A DNA stretch of 64,000 bases from Minutocellus sp. GHC0000111 (lineage: Eukaryota), in assembly GCA_977018835.1 (NCBI GenBank), contig OZ361257.1:1426001-1490000 (forward strand). Reading direction: 5' to 3'. Positions 35,944-47,364 of the stretch are shown piece after piece (within the stretch, counting starts at the first letter, position 1; each line of letters opens with the position of its first letter). The position numbers and the translations under genes were made by a program. The notes under the pieces were generated by a model, which saw only the letters and a list, made by a program, of their open reading frames with translations, was not told the origin of the DNA and searched no databases.

Positions 35944-38463
35944 CTATGCAGCAGAGGCTGGTGGTGTCGCGACTCGACTTGCCATACCACTTGCTCTTGA
36001 TGCAAGCGACAGAGTGAGGAGACCCATCCGAGGATTGACATTGGCCACCTTGAGCCAAATCGACTGCCCCACCTTGAGTGATCCCATCTCGGACAAATAC
36101 CTATGCTCCAAACCCAATTCTTTGGCGTACACTGCATACTGCAATCGTTCTGGGTCTACGCATCCCAAAACAACACACTCGAACGAAACCTCGTCGGCGC
36201 TCTCGGATACCATCCTGCGAATGTACTCGAACATCCAATGTTGCTGCGAGTTTCGCTGCACAAAGCGTGCCGCTCCTCCAAGCGCTTGGCCAACTTTGTA
36301 ATCAATCGGATCGACAGTTTTGGACTTACTGCCATCTGGTGATGGCAATTCGCACCCGAGGTCCATTGCCGTAATCTCAGATGGAATATTTGAGCCATCA
36401 CGCAAAAGCTTATTCACCCGTTTCCTCCTCAGGTATCTCTTGATTGCCGTGTGGGCCTGAAGATCACCAAATCGTCGGATTGGACTACTCCATTGCACAT
36501 AACAGCTCAATCCAAGACCAAAATGCGGTTTGTGATCCTTCGTAACCTTGACTGGCTTGAAGAATCTTCGGAAATACCAAGCGTGCGGATAACCATTGTT
36601 GGTTTCCTTGAGGTTCTGCAATGTTCTTACCTCAGACGCTCGTGCTCGGAAATCAGGTTCCACCTGACTCCGAAATGGCAAGTCAAGGTCGTTTTTGAGC
36701 TGCGGAGTGAGAGCATCTTTGTCCCTTTCGCCATTGGTGCCTGCATCTTGTAGCAGCATCTTTGTCCTCCATTTACCTATTGCCTCTCCCGCCATAATCA
36801 TCATTTCCGTCACAAGGAGAAAGGCTTGGGAGGCTGGCGCAGCATGTTCGTTCTCAGCCGTCGATACTTCCGCGATTGAAGTTTGATTCGAACCAGCATT
36901 GTGTGTTACTTCAATGTCCAGTTTGATGGATATATTGTCTTCTGCGTCATCATCTTTCACAACTTTGAGTTCGGCCTGTGGTATTGGTGTCGTTACGCGT
37001 CCCTCTGAACTACCATTCTTAGCTCTCAGTGCCCGTCGTTTGGTCGCCGCTGTCAACATTGCTCCAAGCTCCCACTCCTCGAAATAGCCAACTCCGGCAT
37101 CCATCATTTCGTCAACTTGGTTGTATGTAAGACGATACTTCACTTGAACCATGGATGGAATTACAATGATAGAATCAGTATCGATGGAACCATCTTCGTT
37201 CAGTTCAACCCCAAGTGACAACGCACAACAGTCATGTCCCTGCCGCAACGACATAATTCCATTGCCAACACTTTCTGGGAACATGGGCACAGACCCTGTC
37301 GGAAGATAAACAGATGTCGCTCTGGTTTTGGCAACGTCAAAAAGGTTACTATCCCTTGGCGCCCAGCGGTCGGCATCGGCAATGTGAATCCAATACCTCA
37401 ATCTTTCCGTTGCATCACTGGTATCTGTCAATTTTTCTACCGACAACCCATCGTCAATGTCTTGCGTGCCCTCTCCATCGATCGTATAAGTTTTGAAGTG
37501 TCTAAAGTCCTGTCTCAACCCCAATATTTCGTCTGGATCTCTGATAGATTTCTCTGCCCTCAAAAGCTGCTGATTCCTCTTCGTCGGTAAATCTCGTTGG
37601 AAATCCACTTCGAAGTAGAGACAGCTCCTCGTGAGGTTCGAATATTCCTAGTCCAACCAGCAAATCAAATGCTCCCTGAGCCGTGCGTTTCATTTTCACT
37701 TCTGCCAGAAGCTGAGTACCAGCTGTAATATCCATATCGTGCTTTAGCTTCCGGGCGTGAGCGCGGTCCCAATGCTCGTTGTGCGAGGATTCTTCTATGT
37801 CCTCCCGCAGATGCGACACCGATTTCTTTATTTGATGCGGTGATCCCTTTACGCCCACCTGCGAACCCATTATGAGGAGCGATTGGACAGCAATAACTGC
37901 ACCTCGTATCACATCATCATCTTCTTCGGGGGGGCATGCTCGAATAGACTCTCTGCAGCTCTCTCTCCCTCGATCGTACAAGTCAAATCGAGGAATCTTC
38001 CACTCGCAAGCTGCATTGCCCGTTCATTCTTTTTGGTAGCAGGTTCAGGAGCAAGAGACTGCTCTGCCTCTTCATCTGAAGATTGGTTCTCATCATTCTC
38101 ATCGGTCTCATTTGCCCAACCCATGCGTGTCCGAATGAGATCACCAGCATAGCGCAAACACCGGCGTTCCAAGTCAGTCAGCTCGTCTTCGTCCTCATCG
38201 TTACTCCTAGTACTACCATCATTTCTGGGAAAAGATGTTGGAAAGAACCATCGCTTGGTCAACAGATCGGTGGTGCCCCGTGCCAAATGAAGCGCAGTCT
38301 GCGGTTGAAGTTCATGACTGTTACTGGCAGTGTGTCGACGAGGACCAAGATGGAGAGTGGCGGTGGACGTAAAGCCGGAGACGACACATGATATGCCGAC
38401 AATGTAGAAAGTGAGAACGCGCAATATGCTGCCGCTGATTCCCCGCGAATGTGGGCCTCCCAT
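35944..38463 (-). pseudogene. Plastid-targeted RNase II/RNB-family exoribonuclease with two frameshifts (about 37930 and about 37560)
   Basis: RNB motifs TYTIDGEGTQDIDDGLS, WIHIAD, RATSVYLP, LVTEMMIMAGEA and HFGLGLSCYVQWSSPIRRFGDL. Three overlapping ORFs join at a C7 run and a G3 run. Presequence contains VSGF. Confidence 0.82.
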
Positions 38464-38617
38464 GTCGGCCGTTTGGTTGGTTATGATCACCGGCCAGAAT
38501 GAGCGGCTTTGCATGGCACGAAAAAAAGCAGAACCCGGAGCAAGAGTGATGAGTCAGTGCGTAGTAGCGCGTATGGATGCACTGGCTGGCCAATCGACAT
38601 TGCAATCGAAAGAAGAA

Positions 38618-40363
38618 ATGAGAATGATGCGGTGTCTGTTCGCGTCTTGCCTCTGCCTTGCCGTGGCGGCGCCGGTGAATGCATTTGCACCGGTGGTGCC
38701 GTCGTCGTTGTCCTCTCTTCGCTTGCGACAAGCCAGCAGCTCTCTCCAAGTATCGAACGGTCCCAATGATGCTGACGAAGAGTACGACGTCATTGTGATT
38801 GGCAGTGGCATCGGAGGCCTTTGTACTGCTGCCATGGCCACTCTCTATGGGTACAAGACGGCCGTGTTTGAAAGTCACTATGCCCCCGGTGGATGCGCCC
38901 ATGGCTTTAAAGCTCGAGCAAAGGGCATCGAGGGAGAGTTCAACTTCGATACCGGCCCGTCCTTCTTTTCTGGCCTCAACCCTGATATCCCAGCCAAGGC
39001 GTCGAATCCACTGCGAACAGTGCTGGATGCCATTGGAGAGAGAGTCGAATGTGAAAAGTATGAAACATTTGGATTGAAATTTCCTGAGGGTGACTTTATA
39101 CATACAACAGAATTTGGTCGAAAGGGCGGTGTGTTGGAAAAGGCTTCGGGATATCGTGCACGATATGAATGGTCAACTTTAATGAAGCGTATGGAACCCC
39201 TGGAGGCAGCAGTCGCCGCTCTACCGACGGCAGCCCTTCGATTTGATGTTGGTGGAGCCCTGACGGTTGGTCCATTTCTTCCCAACTTTGCTGCTACAAA
39301 TCCATTGGAAAATTTAAAGCTGACCAAGCCATTTAGCAACATATTGGATAGTGCTGCCGTCACCGATAAGTTTACGAGGAATTGGTTGGATTTGCTCTGC
39401 TTTTGTCTGTCTGGCCTGCCAGCATCTGGAACCATTACAGCTGAGATGGGATTGATGATGGGAGAATTTTATGCCCCTGGTGCAGTGATGGATTGCCCTA
39501 AGGGAGGAGCAAATGCAATCATTGATGCCATCGTGCGTGGTATCGAGAAGAAGGGTGGAGAAAATTTTCTCAAGTCCCATGTTGACGAGATCACAATTGA
39601 GGATGGCAGAGCTACCGGTATTGTTGTAGGGAAAGATGGGAAGAAAATCAAAGCAATCAAGGCTGTTGTTTCCAATCTCTCGGTGTGGGACCTATTCAAC
39701 AGCGGAATAGTCAACAACAAAGATTTTCCAGAACAATTTGTTCAGGATCGAAAGAAGACTCCAGTTGGTAAATCATTTATGCATTTGCACGTGGGCTTTG
39801 AGGCAACGAGAGAAGAACATGAGAAGTTGCAGGCACATTACATGTACATCGATGATTGGGGGCGAGGGGTCGAAGCTGAGGATAATGCAGCTCTTCTTTC
39901 AATTCCATCGGTCCACGATGATTCCTTGGCTCCACCAGGACACGGGGTGTTGCACATTTATACCCCGGCAACTGAAGATTATTCTCGATGGGAGGACATA
40001 GATCGCAAGTCTGAAGAATATCAGGAGCTCAAAAAGAAACGGAGTCAATATCTCTGGACAGTACTCGAAAAGATTATCCCCGATATCCGAGAACGAGCGC
40101 GCATTGTTCAGGTTGGCACTCCTCTCACTCACCAGCGATTTCTCAACCGACACCGAGGTTCGTATGGACCAGCTATTGTAGCAGGAGAAGGTTCCTTTCC
40201 TTTTCCACAGACTCCGGTGAAGAATTTGTTACTATGCGGTGATAGCTGCTTTCCAGGAATCGGAGTGCCAGCCGTTGCAGGATCGGGAATACTGGCGGCG
40301 AACTCCATCTCGCTTGAATCAGTACAACCCCAGCTGAAGCTTCTTGAAAAATTGAAGCAGTAG
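38618..40363 (+). CDS. Plastid-targeted carotenoid isomerase-like (CrtH/CRTISO family) FAD oxidoreductase
   Basis: VNAFAP presequence, DVIVIGSGIGGL, ESHYAPGGCAHGF, FDTGPSFF, GTPLTHQRFL and CGDSCFPGIGVPAVAGSG. Confidence 0.85.
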   Translation: MRMMRCLFASCLCLAVAAPVNAFAPVVPSSLSSLRLRQASSSLQVSNGPNDADEEYDVIVIGSGIGGLCTAAMATLYGYKTAVFESHYAPGGCAHGFKARAKGIEGEFNFDTGPSFFSGLNPDIPAKASNPLRTVLDAIGERVECEKYETFGLKFPEGDFIHTTEFGRKGGVLEKASGYRARYEWSTLMKRMEPLEAAVAALPTAALRFDVGGALTVGPFLPNFAATNPLENLKLTKPFSNILDSAAVTDKFTRNWLDLLCFCLSGLPASGTITAEMGLMMGEFYAPGAVMDCPKGGANAIIDAIVRGIEKKGGENFLKSHVDEITIEDGRATGIVVGKDGKKIKAIKAVVSNLSVWDLFNSGIVNNKDFPEQFVQDRKKTPVGKSFMHLHVGFEATREEHEKLQAHYMYIDDWGRGVEAEDNAALLSIPSVHDDSLAPPGHGVLHIYTPATEDYSRWEDIDRKSEEYQELKKKRSQYLWTVLEKIIPDIRERARIVQVGTPLTHQRFLNRHRGSYGPAIVAGEGSFPFPQTPVKNLLLCGDSCFPGIGVPAVAGSGILAANSISLESVQPQLKLLEKLKQ

Positions 40364-40481
40364 GATAAGAATAGAGGCGAATCTACAAAAATAGATCCCA
40401 CTATACCTTACGCCCATCATACCGTAGTAGGTACACAGTGTTGGCCCAAAATTATTATCATTACGCACTTCTACAAACAAT

Positions 40482-42155
40482 TTAACGAGAAGTGATGCCC
40501 TCCAACATATCGAAGTAGGTGGGGAATGTCTTGGCGGTACAGCCAGGATCATTGATGATGACGTTGACACCTGCACATGCTGCCAAGCTGAAGGTCATGG
40601 CCATTCGGTGGTCATCGTACGTCTCGATCAATACATTGTCGTTAACCTTGTTGTCCTTGGGAGGATGAATGATGCAGTAATCACGGAATTCCTCAACAGT
40701 CGCCCCGAGCTTGGTGCATTCCGCGACAATGGCCTTCATTCGTTCAGTCTCCTTCAATCTCCAGGAATAAACATTGCGGATAGTTGTCGGGCCCTCGGCA
40801 AAGAGCGCAGCAACGGCAAGAGTCATGGCCGCATCAGGGATTTCACCACAATCGACATCAACACCCTTGAGCTTAACATCCGGGTCGCGAGTGACGGTAA
40901 TACTCTCAGGAGCCCAGGTAACCTTGGCCCCCATCTTCTGCATGACATTGGCAAAGGCAACGTCACCCTGAACACTCTCCGATCCACAACCACGGACCGT
41001 AACAGTACCACCGGTAATAGCCGCACCGGCAATAAAATACGAGGCCGAACTAGCATCTCCCTCAACAAGGATCGATCCCGGGCTGGTGTACTTTTCATCA
41101 GCAGGAATGGTAAACGACGGGGTTCCCTTCATATCGCCATCGATCTGAACATTCACTCCGAATTTCTTCATCAAGCCAATGGTAAGCGAAACATAGGGTG
41201 CCGAAATAAGCTCATCCTTGATCGAGATGGTAACATCACCTTGAGAAGCGACGAAAGGAACTGAGATGACATCTTACCGCTAATGGAGGCCTTTCAATAT
41301 CCATAATGAGGATTGACAAACAGACAATAGGTGAGATATGGAATCATTCATCATAAGCAAAAAAGATTAATGAAGTGGTTTCTGAAAGGAACATGTATAT
41401 AGAGCAATATTGCATGTATTCAGAAACAAGCACCAGAAAGAATAAAAATAACGTACCTCTCCACCCTTGAGGCCATTGGCATTGATGGTAACAGGGGGGC
41501 ATCCGGTCTCCTCGACGCAGGTAACATCAGCACCGAGCTGCTGCAAACCATCGATAAGGTCGGCGATGGGACGCTCCCTCATTCGAGGAACTCCATCCAG
41601 AACGAACTTGCCCTTGCCCATGCACAGAGCGGCGGCAAGTGGTCTCATGGCCGTGCCGGCATTTCCCAAGAACAGCTCGCATGTTTCGTCGTCGCCAAGA
41701 GGAGAATTGATGGGTCCAGCCTGGCCAGTCACTGTGACTGTGGTAGGATCGTTGGGATCGCGCTCGACGGGCACCTTCATCTGATCCAAGGCCTCGAGCA
41801 TGTATCGGATGTCGTCGGATTCGAGCAGATTCTCCACCTTGGTCTTGCCATCAGACAAGGCGGCGAGGAGGAGGCATCGGTTAGACAGCGACTTGGATCC
41901 AGGGAGAGTCACGGTACCATCGAGAGATTTGATGGGAGCAACGGTGAGAGTATTGGTAGCCTCATCGACAGCAGCCATGGACAGACTGGTGGTGGAGGAT
42001 GATTCGCCAAATGCTCCGCGGAAGCCAGTGATCAAACTGCGCTGATTCGTGGCTATTTGCGCAGATCTGCTCGACGGAGCGATAGAGAAGGCCGATGCTG
42101 TGTTGCACGCGGCAGATAGAAGGACGGCGCCAAGAGCGAGAGGGGAGGACTTCAT
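40482..42155 (-). pseudogene. aroA: EPSP synthase (3-phosphoshikimate 1-carboxyvinyltransferase), plastid-targeted; intron 41456-41291; frameshifting deletion near 41242
   Basis: ASAF motif, [45 protein letters not shown] and YDDHRMAM. Exon 2 reads [16 protein letters not shown]: the conserved MAAPL segment is absent and the frame shifts. Confidence 0.88.
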
Positions 42156-42227
42156 GGCTGCCTGTCTGTGTTTGTTTGATGGGTTGTGGAATGCCGATAC
42201 AGAAATCAAACGGCGGTGACGATCGGG

Positions 42228-42266
42228 TTCAATAGGATATGAGCTTATGACTCATATCCTGTTGAA
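42228..42266. repeat. Inverted repeat (16-bp stem including one T.G pair, 7-nt loop) upstream of aroA
   Basis: ttcaataggatatgag-cttatga-ctcatatcctgttgaa. Confidence 0.7.
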
Positions 42267-42474
42267 ATGTACATGACACACGGTACATGTACCTAGATTG
42301 CCAACCAACAAGCAACATGTAGATCTAGATCTACCGGTAGCCGGAATGGCAGAACATGTACGTTGCAACGTGTAAAACTCACTTAGATCTACTGCGGACA
42401 CTTGTAGATCTACATGTAATGCCAATACATGTACCTGTAACGCAGGGGATTTACTTTACATGTAGTGCGTGTAG

Positions 42475-44889
42475 CTATCTCAACCTCTCGCCCAGATCAT
42501 CGTCGAGATTTTTTATGGCGCCCGCCACAGTCTCCAGTCGATCAGCGCCCTGATTCGCCAGAAATTGTGCCAGCTCCGAGACTTCATTTGAATTCGTCTT
42601 CTTGTGATGTTCACTGTCCCCTGCCATTGAAGCCTTTTCTCGCAATCGTTCTGCCTGAATCGAAGCCATCTTTCCAGAAAATCGAACTCCCAGTCGCGCA
42701 AGTGCTATTCTACGCTTGGATGCTTCTTCAAAGAGTTTTCCAACGTTCGAATCTCTCATGTTTTCCAATGCTCGACTTGAATTTTCTTGGCTTCCAGAAC
42801 CAAGAGCATCACTGCCGAGCTTTTGCAATATTCTCACGTTTTCCAGTCTGCGTTCGTCCTTTTCATCCACCGACATCAAGTCCAACGATGCCTTTGCCAG
42901 CTCAAGGGGCAGTGTAAAGGGCCTAAGCACTGGATTTATCGGAAGACTCTTCAGTGGAGCGAGAGGTGCTGTTACCGTATCACGGACTGTGGCGTCAAGA
43001 GCGACCGCGGCCTCAAGTAGCAATAAATCCTGCACATAGTTTTGATCTTCGCTCAATACGACGTTGGTTAGCTGCTCCAGAGCGGCAGTGCGTCCCTCGT
43101 CACTCTCCCCTCTGCTAGCTTGTACACTGGAAGTGGATGTAGTATAGCTTTCGAATCCGGTGGTGAGTTCCTGGAGCTTTTTAAGGTCGAGTTCATCGCC
43201 CTTCCCATAAAGAAGTGTTCGCAGAGCACCCCTGGCTCGAGGAGAATCATCGGAGAGTAATCTCTTAGCCAAATATGGGTAACATTCTTGCAAGATGCTG
43301 TAGTTTGGATCAGATGATAATCCAATTCCCTCCAGAGTTGCAAAGGCGCGCGACATGTAGACAAAGTAAGGCGGGACAGCAAAAACGTCCGCGTTTTCCT
43401 GCTGCATCTGTTCAATTTTCATTGTGACATCGGCCGTAGTTGATGTTGGAGCACTGCCATCTCGATTCATGGCATCTTCCGCCATTTGTCGTTGCCAATC
43501 TTCTCTGAATAGGCGCTGTCTCAGCTCGGTTGCTTCCTTGCTGTCCAGGTCGTCAAATTCAGCTAGAGCTTCGGCATATTTTTCCTTATTTTGAGCCACC
43601 AGTCGATTCATGGCTCCCTTTGGACCTCCACCCTCCGCTGCCAATTCCAGCATATTGGATATTGCCACAGTAAGACCGCTGTTTCTCAATTCTTCGAGAT
43701 TGTCTTGGGGTACAAACTGCAGTTTGACAAGATCCTGCGGCACGTCCTCATAATTTTTAGCATTGAGGTCAGCGATGAATTCCAAGAGCGAGAGCTGAAG
43801 ATCTTTTTGCACGTCGAGCACCATGCCGAAATCCAAAATACACAGACTCCCATCATTCGTTCTCAGTACGTTCCCGCTATGAGGGTCGCAATGGAGCGTT
43901 CCAGTATCCAACAACATCGTCAAGTATGAATTCAACGCCACACCACAAAGCCGCGGCACGTCGTTGGCGTCAGAATCGGCGAGCCGAACTCCGTCGACCC
44001 ACTTTGTAGTAAGGATATGCGTTGAGGAAAGCTCATCAATAACCTCCGGAGCAAATACGGATCCAAGGCCGCGTTTCCTCATAGCCTCGGAGAATTCTTT
44101 CGTTGCCTTGGCTTCGGCTCGGTAATCCAACTCATTGATAAAGCCTTCGCCCCACGCATCCACAAGGCCAACCAAATCTGTGTTGATTTCCTTCAGTTCT
44201 TGCCACTTTGGAGCGAGAGATCGCATGGTGTGCAAATCCAGCGCAATGCTCTTGAGGACGCCTGGCCTTTGTACTTTCACGGCAACATCGATGCCCGAGT
44301 CTCTTAGTGTGCCTTTGTACACCACGCCGATGGAGGCAGAAGCTACTGGTTCCCTACTCAGCGAAGAAAATACATCATCGATTTTGATTCCCAGTTCCTG
44401 TTCAATAACTGATCGACCAAGCTCACTGCTAAAGGGCGGTACGGCATCCTGTAATTCGACCAGACTCTTGGCATACTTGGCGGGGAGCAAGTCGGTGCGA
44501 GTTGATAGCGCTTGGCCAACCTTGATGGCCGTCGTACCGAGGTCATTCACCAACGCCAATAGTTCCCGACCCCTTTGGTCCTCCATCTTGTCTTCTCTCT
44601 TGAGTGACGCGTCCAGTACTGTGTCGAAAACAAACTTGGACGTTTTCGCAACAATAGTAGCGAGGCGCAGGGTAGAAGCGATCGGCCGGGATTTATAAAA
44701 CTCTGCCGCCGCCTCAGGATTGTAAGCCGCCTCCCGGTAGGGAACATCGTTTGCATCGTTGTAGTAATTAACGCTTGGCGGTGCGCTCACCCTGCTCGTG
44801 GTGGCCGAAAAAGAAGCACCGCGCTGAATAATCGTCGCCAGCAATAATACTAGCACCGCGGCGAGGGGGGAGCAGTGGGAGCGTCCCAT
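42475..44889 (-). CDS. ABC1/UbiB atypical kinase, plastid-targeted
   Basis: AIKVGQALSTRTDLLP, ELQDAVPPF, ASASIGVVY, VAVKVQRP, ELDYRAEA, HCDPHSGN, ILDFGM and RAFATLEGIGL. Confidence 0.9.
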   Translation of the reverse strand: MGRSHCSPLAAVLVLLLATIIQRGASFSATTSRVSAPPSVNYYNDANDVPYREAAYNPEAAAEFYKSRPIASTLRLATIVAKTSKFVFDTVLDASLKREDKMEDQRGRELLALVNDLGTTAIKVGQALSTRTDLLPAKYAKSLVELQDAVPPFSSELGRSVIEQELGIKIDDVFSSLSREPVASASIGVVYKGTLRDSGIDVAVKVQRPGVLKSIALDLHTMRSLAPKWQELKEINTDLVGLVDAWGEGFINELDYRAEAKATKEFSEAMRKRGLGSVFAPEVIDELSSTHILTTKWVDGVRLADSDANDVPRLCGVALNSYLTMLLDTGTLHCDPHSGNVLRTNDGSLCILDFGMVLDVQKDLQLSLLEFIADLNAKNYEDVPQDLVKLQFVPQDNLEELRNSGLTVAISNMLELAAEGGGPKGAMNRLVAQNKEKYAEALAEFDDLDSKEATELRQRLFREDWQRQMAEDAMNRDGSAPTSTTADVTMKIEQMQQENADVFAVPPYFVYMSRAFATLEGIGLSSDPNYSILQECYPYLAKRLLSDDSPRARGALRTLLYGKGDELDLKKLQELTTGFESYTTSTSSVQASRGESDEGRTAALEQLTNVVLSEDQNYVQDLLLLEAAVALDATVRDTVTAPLAPLKSLPINPVLRPFTLPLELAKASLDLMSVDEKDERRLENVRILQKLGSDALGSGSQENSSRALENMRDSNVGKLFEEASKRRIALARLGVRFSGKMASIQAERLREKASMAGDSEHHKKTNSNEVSELAQFLANQGADRLETVAGAIKNLDDDLGERLR

Positions 44890-44896
44890 GGTCGGT

Positions 44897-44971
44897 CACA
44901 GCGCTATAAATTGAGGGAGGAATGATGAGGGCCCACAGCGCTATGAATTGAGGGAGGAATGATGAGTGCCC
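44897..44971. repeat. 37-bp tandem duplication just upstream of the ABC1K start codon
   Basis: cacagcgctataaattgagggaggaatgatgagggcc followed by cacagcgctatgaattgagggaggaatgatgagtgcc (2 mismatches). Confidence 0.85.
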
Positions 44972-45264
44972 GATGGTTGGGGTGGCGCGCTGAGTGAGTG
45001 AGTCAGGAAAAAGTCGAAAAGAGCAAGGTTCGCAACTGAAGGTTCGCAACCCGCTCCAAACCGAACGCAACGAACGCACGCTAACGATTACGAGCGAGAA
45101 GAAGCTCGCAGAGCATCGAAAACAGCCTCGACGATGGCGCGTAGGTGCAAGAACGTTCAGAAATGGCCGCAAGGAAACGATCACAACCAAACTGAGGACA
45201 GCATATCTATCTCATAAATATTATACTCTATAGAAATAATCACGCCGAAAATAAAAACACGCAC

Positions 45265-47268
45265 ATGCATGCAGGAGACATGATCATTCTCAACTTCTTG
45301 CTCTCTTCAGCAGCAGTGGCATTATCGACATTTTCCGTCGATGCGTTTTCTCTCGCAAAGCTCCCAAGGCCTAAAACTCAAATCGGCTCTTCGAGTACTA
45401 TTGTATCCATTGACTTGCCCGCCTCGTCCATCATCAGTACTCATAATCCTATCGACGAAGTCATCTACAATGACGACCCATCTGATCCGAAATGCAACGT
45501 CGACGATGAGTATGATGCCATCATCATAGGATCGGGTATGGGCGGGATGACAACCGCTTCCCTATTGGCCCAGAGTCCAGAACGACTCAAGGTGCTGCTT
45601 CTGGAACAGCACAGCGTGTGTGGTGGTTGCTGTCACACATTCCGCCGTGGACCGTATGCCTTCCCGACAGGCATTCATTACGTGGGGGAGATGAATCGAG
45701 GCGGTAATCTGAGAAAGATTTTTGATCCCCTTACGTACGATCCTCGCAACGATCCTTTGGAATGGGACCCACTCGGTGAGAATTTCGACACTATTGTCTT
45801 GGGTGAGGCAGGTAAAGATATCAGGCAATATAAAATCGTTGGGGGCGGCCTCGAAGCACAAAAGGTCGCACTAAAGAAACAGTTCAAAACAGCCCAAGAT
45901 CACGAGGCTATCGACAAATATTATGATCACATCGAAAAGGCAAATGCTGCAATGGCCCGCGCCCATGTTCTAAAGTGCCTCCCATTACCGATGACCAAGT
46001 TTTTACGTCTATCTGGTCTCCACCGTCTATTTGCCCGTAACTTCCGCAAGTACTCATCTATGACCCTCGCCGATATGGTCCATTCCCTTACGGATAACGA
46101 TGATCTACGGAGCGTACTTTCCTACAGCTGGGACTGTTATGGATGTGAACCATCAAGGGTCGCCTTCATCATGCATGCTCAAATAGTCCGACATTATTCG
46201 ACCGGCGCCTTCTTTCCTCGAGGTGGTCCAAGAGAGATCGCCAAGAAGATTCTTCCGACCATTACTTCGTCGGGAGGAGCCGCACTGGTAAGAGCACCCG
46301 TAAAGAATATCGTCTTGGATGACAATACCGGACGTGCAGTGGGTGTTAAAATGATGGATGGCAAGAAAATTAAAGCCAAGCGTGCTGTCATATCTGATGC
46401 TGGTGTTGTGAACACCCTACAGCATTTGCTGCCAAAGGATTTCAAGCGTCGTGACAAGCTCTTCAAGAAATTCTTCCCAAAGCAATCAAGCTCAGAAACT
46501 TCTCTCCATGAGGGATCGTCGGCCCTCAACCTTTTTGTGGGTTTAAGAGGTGATCATGACATGAACTTTAATCTACCACTCAAGGGTAACATCTGGGCGT
46601 TTCCAACATCGTCTGTCGAGGACCATGTGGCTGTTCTTGAAGGCCTGACATTGAAGGAGGCCGCAGAAATGCTCGAACCAAAAGATATTGGTCACGTCTT
46701 TATGACGAGTTCGAGCTGCAAGGACACGTCCTGGAGGGATGAACACCCGGATAGGACAGTATTGGAAATAATGACATCGTGTCCTCAAAAGTGGTTTGAA
46801 GAATATGCCCCGGACCACCATCCTCTTTCAGAAGGTGCATCTGACCCAGGTGGAAAGCCTGGTTCGCATGGAAAACAATACAAAGAACTGAAATTGAAAC
46901 TAAGTAGGTTGGTTTGGTCTCGAGTAGTTGAGGTATTGACTTCAATGGGAGCTACCAATCTACCTGAGTCCTTGGATGATGCTGACTATTTCGAAGTCGG
47001 CACTCCACTTACTTTTGCCCACTTCTATTTCCGAGACAACGGAGGTTTCTATGGGCTCGACCATGATATTCATCGCTTTTCACCTCGCAACTACTGCGAG
47101 GTCCTACGGCCACTGATTTCGGAGGTACCAGGCCTTTATCTGACAGGGCAGGATGTGACAACTTGCGGTATCGGCGGCGCTTTGTCTGGAGGCGTGCTTG
47201 CTGCTGGTTCCGTGCTTGGTGCTGCCAATCCATTCAGTCTCTATGACGGCATTGAGGAGAAAGATTAG
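45265..47268 (+). CDS. All-trans-retinol 13,14-reductase (RETSAT)-like / carotenoid oxidoreductase-family flavoprotein, probably plastid-targeted
   Basis: VDAFS presequence, DAIIIGSGMGG, LEQHSVCGGCCHTF, TGIHYVG, GTPLT...GGFYGLDH and GLYLTGQD. Confidence 0.82.
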   Translation: MHAGDMIILNFLLSSAAVALSTFSVDAFSLAKLPRPKTQIGSSSTIVSIDLPASSIISTHNPIDEVIYNDDPSDPKCNVDDEYDAIIIGSGMGGMTTASLLAQSPERLKVLLLEQHSVCGGCCHTFRRGPYAFPTGIHYVGEMNRGGNLRKIFDPLTYDPRNDPLEWDPLGENFDTIVLGEAGKDIRQYKIVGGGLEAQKVALKKQFKTAQDHEAIDKYYDHIEKANAAMARAHVLKCLPLPMTKFLRLSGLHRLFARNFRKYSSMTLADMVHSLTDNDDLRSVLSYSWDCYGCEPSRVAFIMHAQIVRHYSTGAFFPRGGPREIAKKILPTITSSGGAALVRAPVKNIVLDDNTGRAVGVKMMDGKKIKAKRAVISDAGVVNTLQHLLPKDFKRRDKLFKKFFPKQSSSETSLHEGSSALNLFVGLRGDHDMNFNLPLKGNIWAFPTSSVEDHVAVLEGLTLKEAAEMLEPKDIGHVFMTSSSCKDTSWRDEHPDRTVLEIMTSCPQKWFEEYAPDHHPLSEGASDPGGKPGSHGKQYKELKLKLSRLVWSRVVEVLTSMGATNLPESLDDADYFEVGTPLTFAHFYFRDNGGFYGLDHDIHRFSPRNYCEVLRPLISEVPGLYLTGQDVTTCGIGGALSGGVLAAGSVLGAANPFSLYDGIEEKD

Positions 47269-47364
47269 AAAATACCATTTTTCTCGTGAATATATGATGA
47301 AATAAGCGACTGACTTGACTTATTGTTTGCGTTGTAAATCGTCTAAAGTATTTATTTGTTTTGC

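Noticed and set aside
37500..37990. Programmed ribosomal frameshifting in the RNB gene
   Set aside because: The shifts fall in plain C7 and G3 runs with no evident stimulatory structure; slippage or sequencing indels are more parsimonious.
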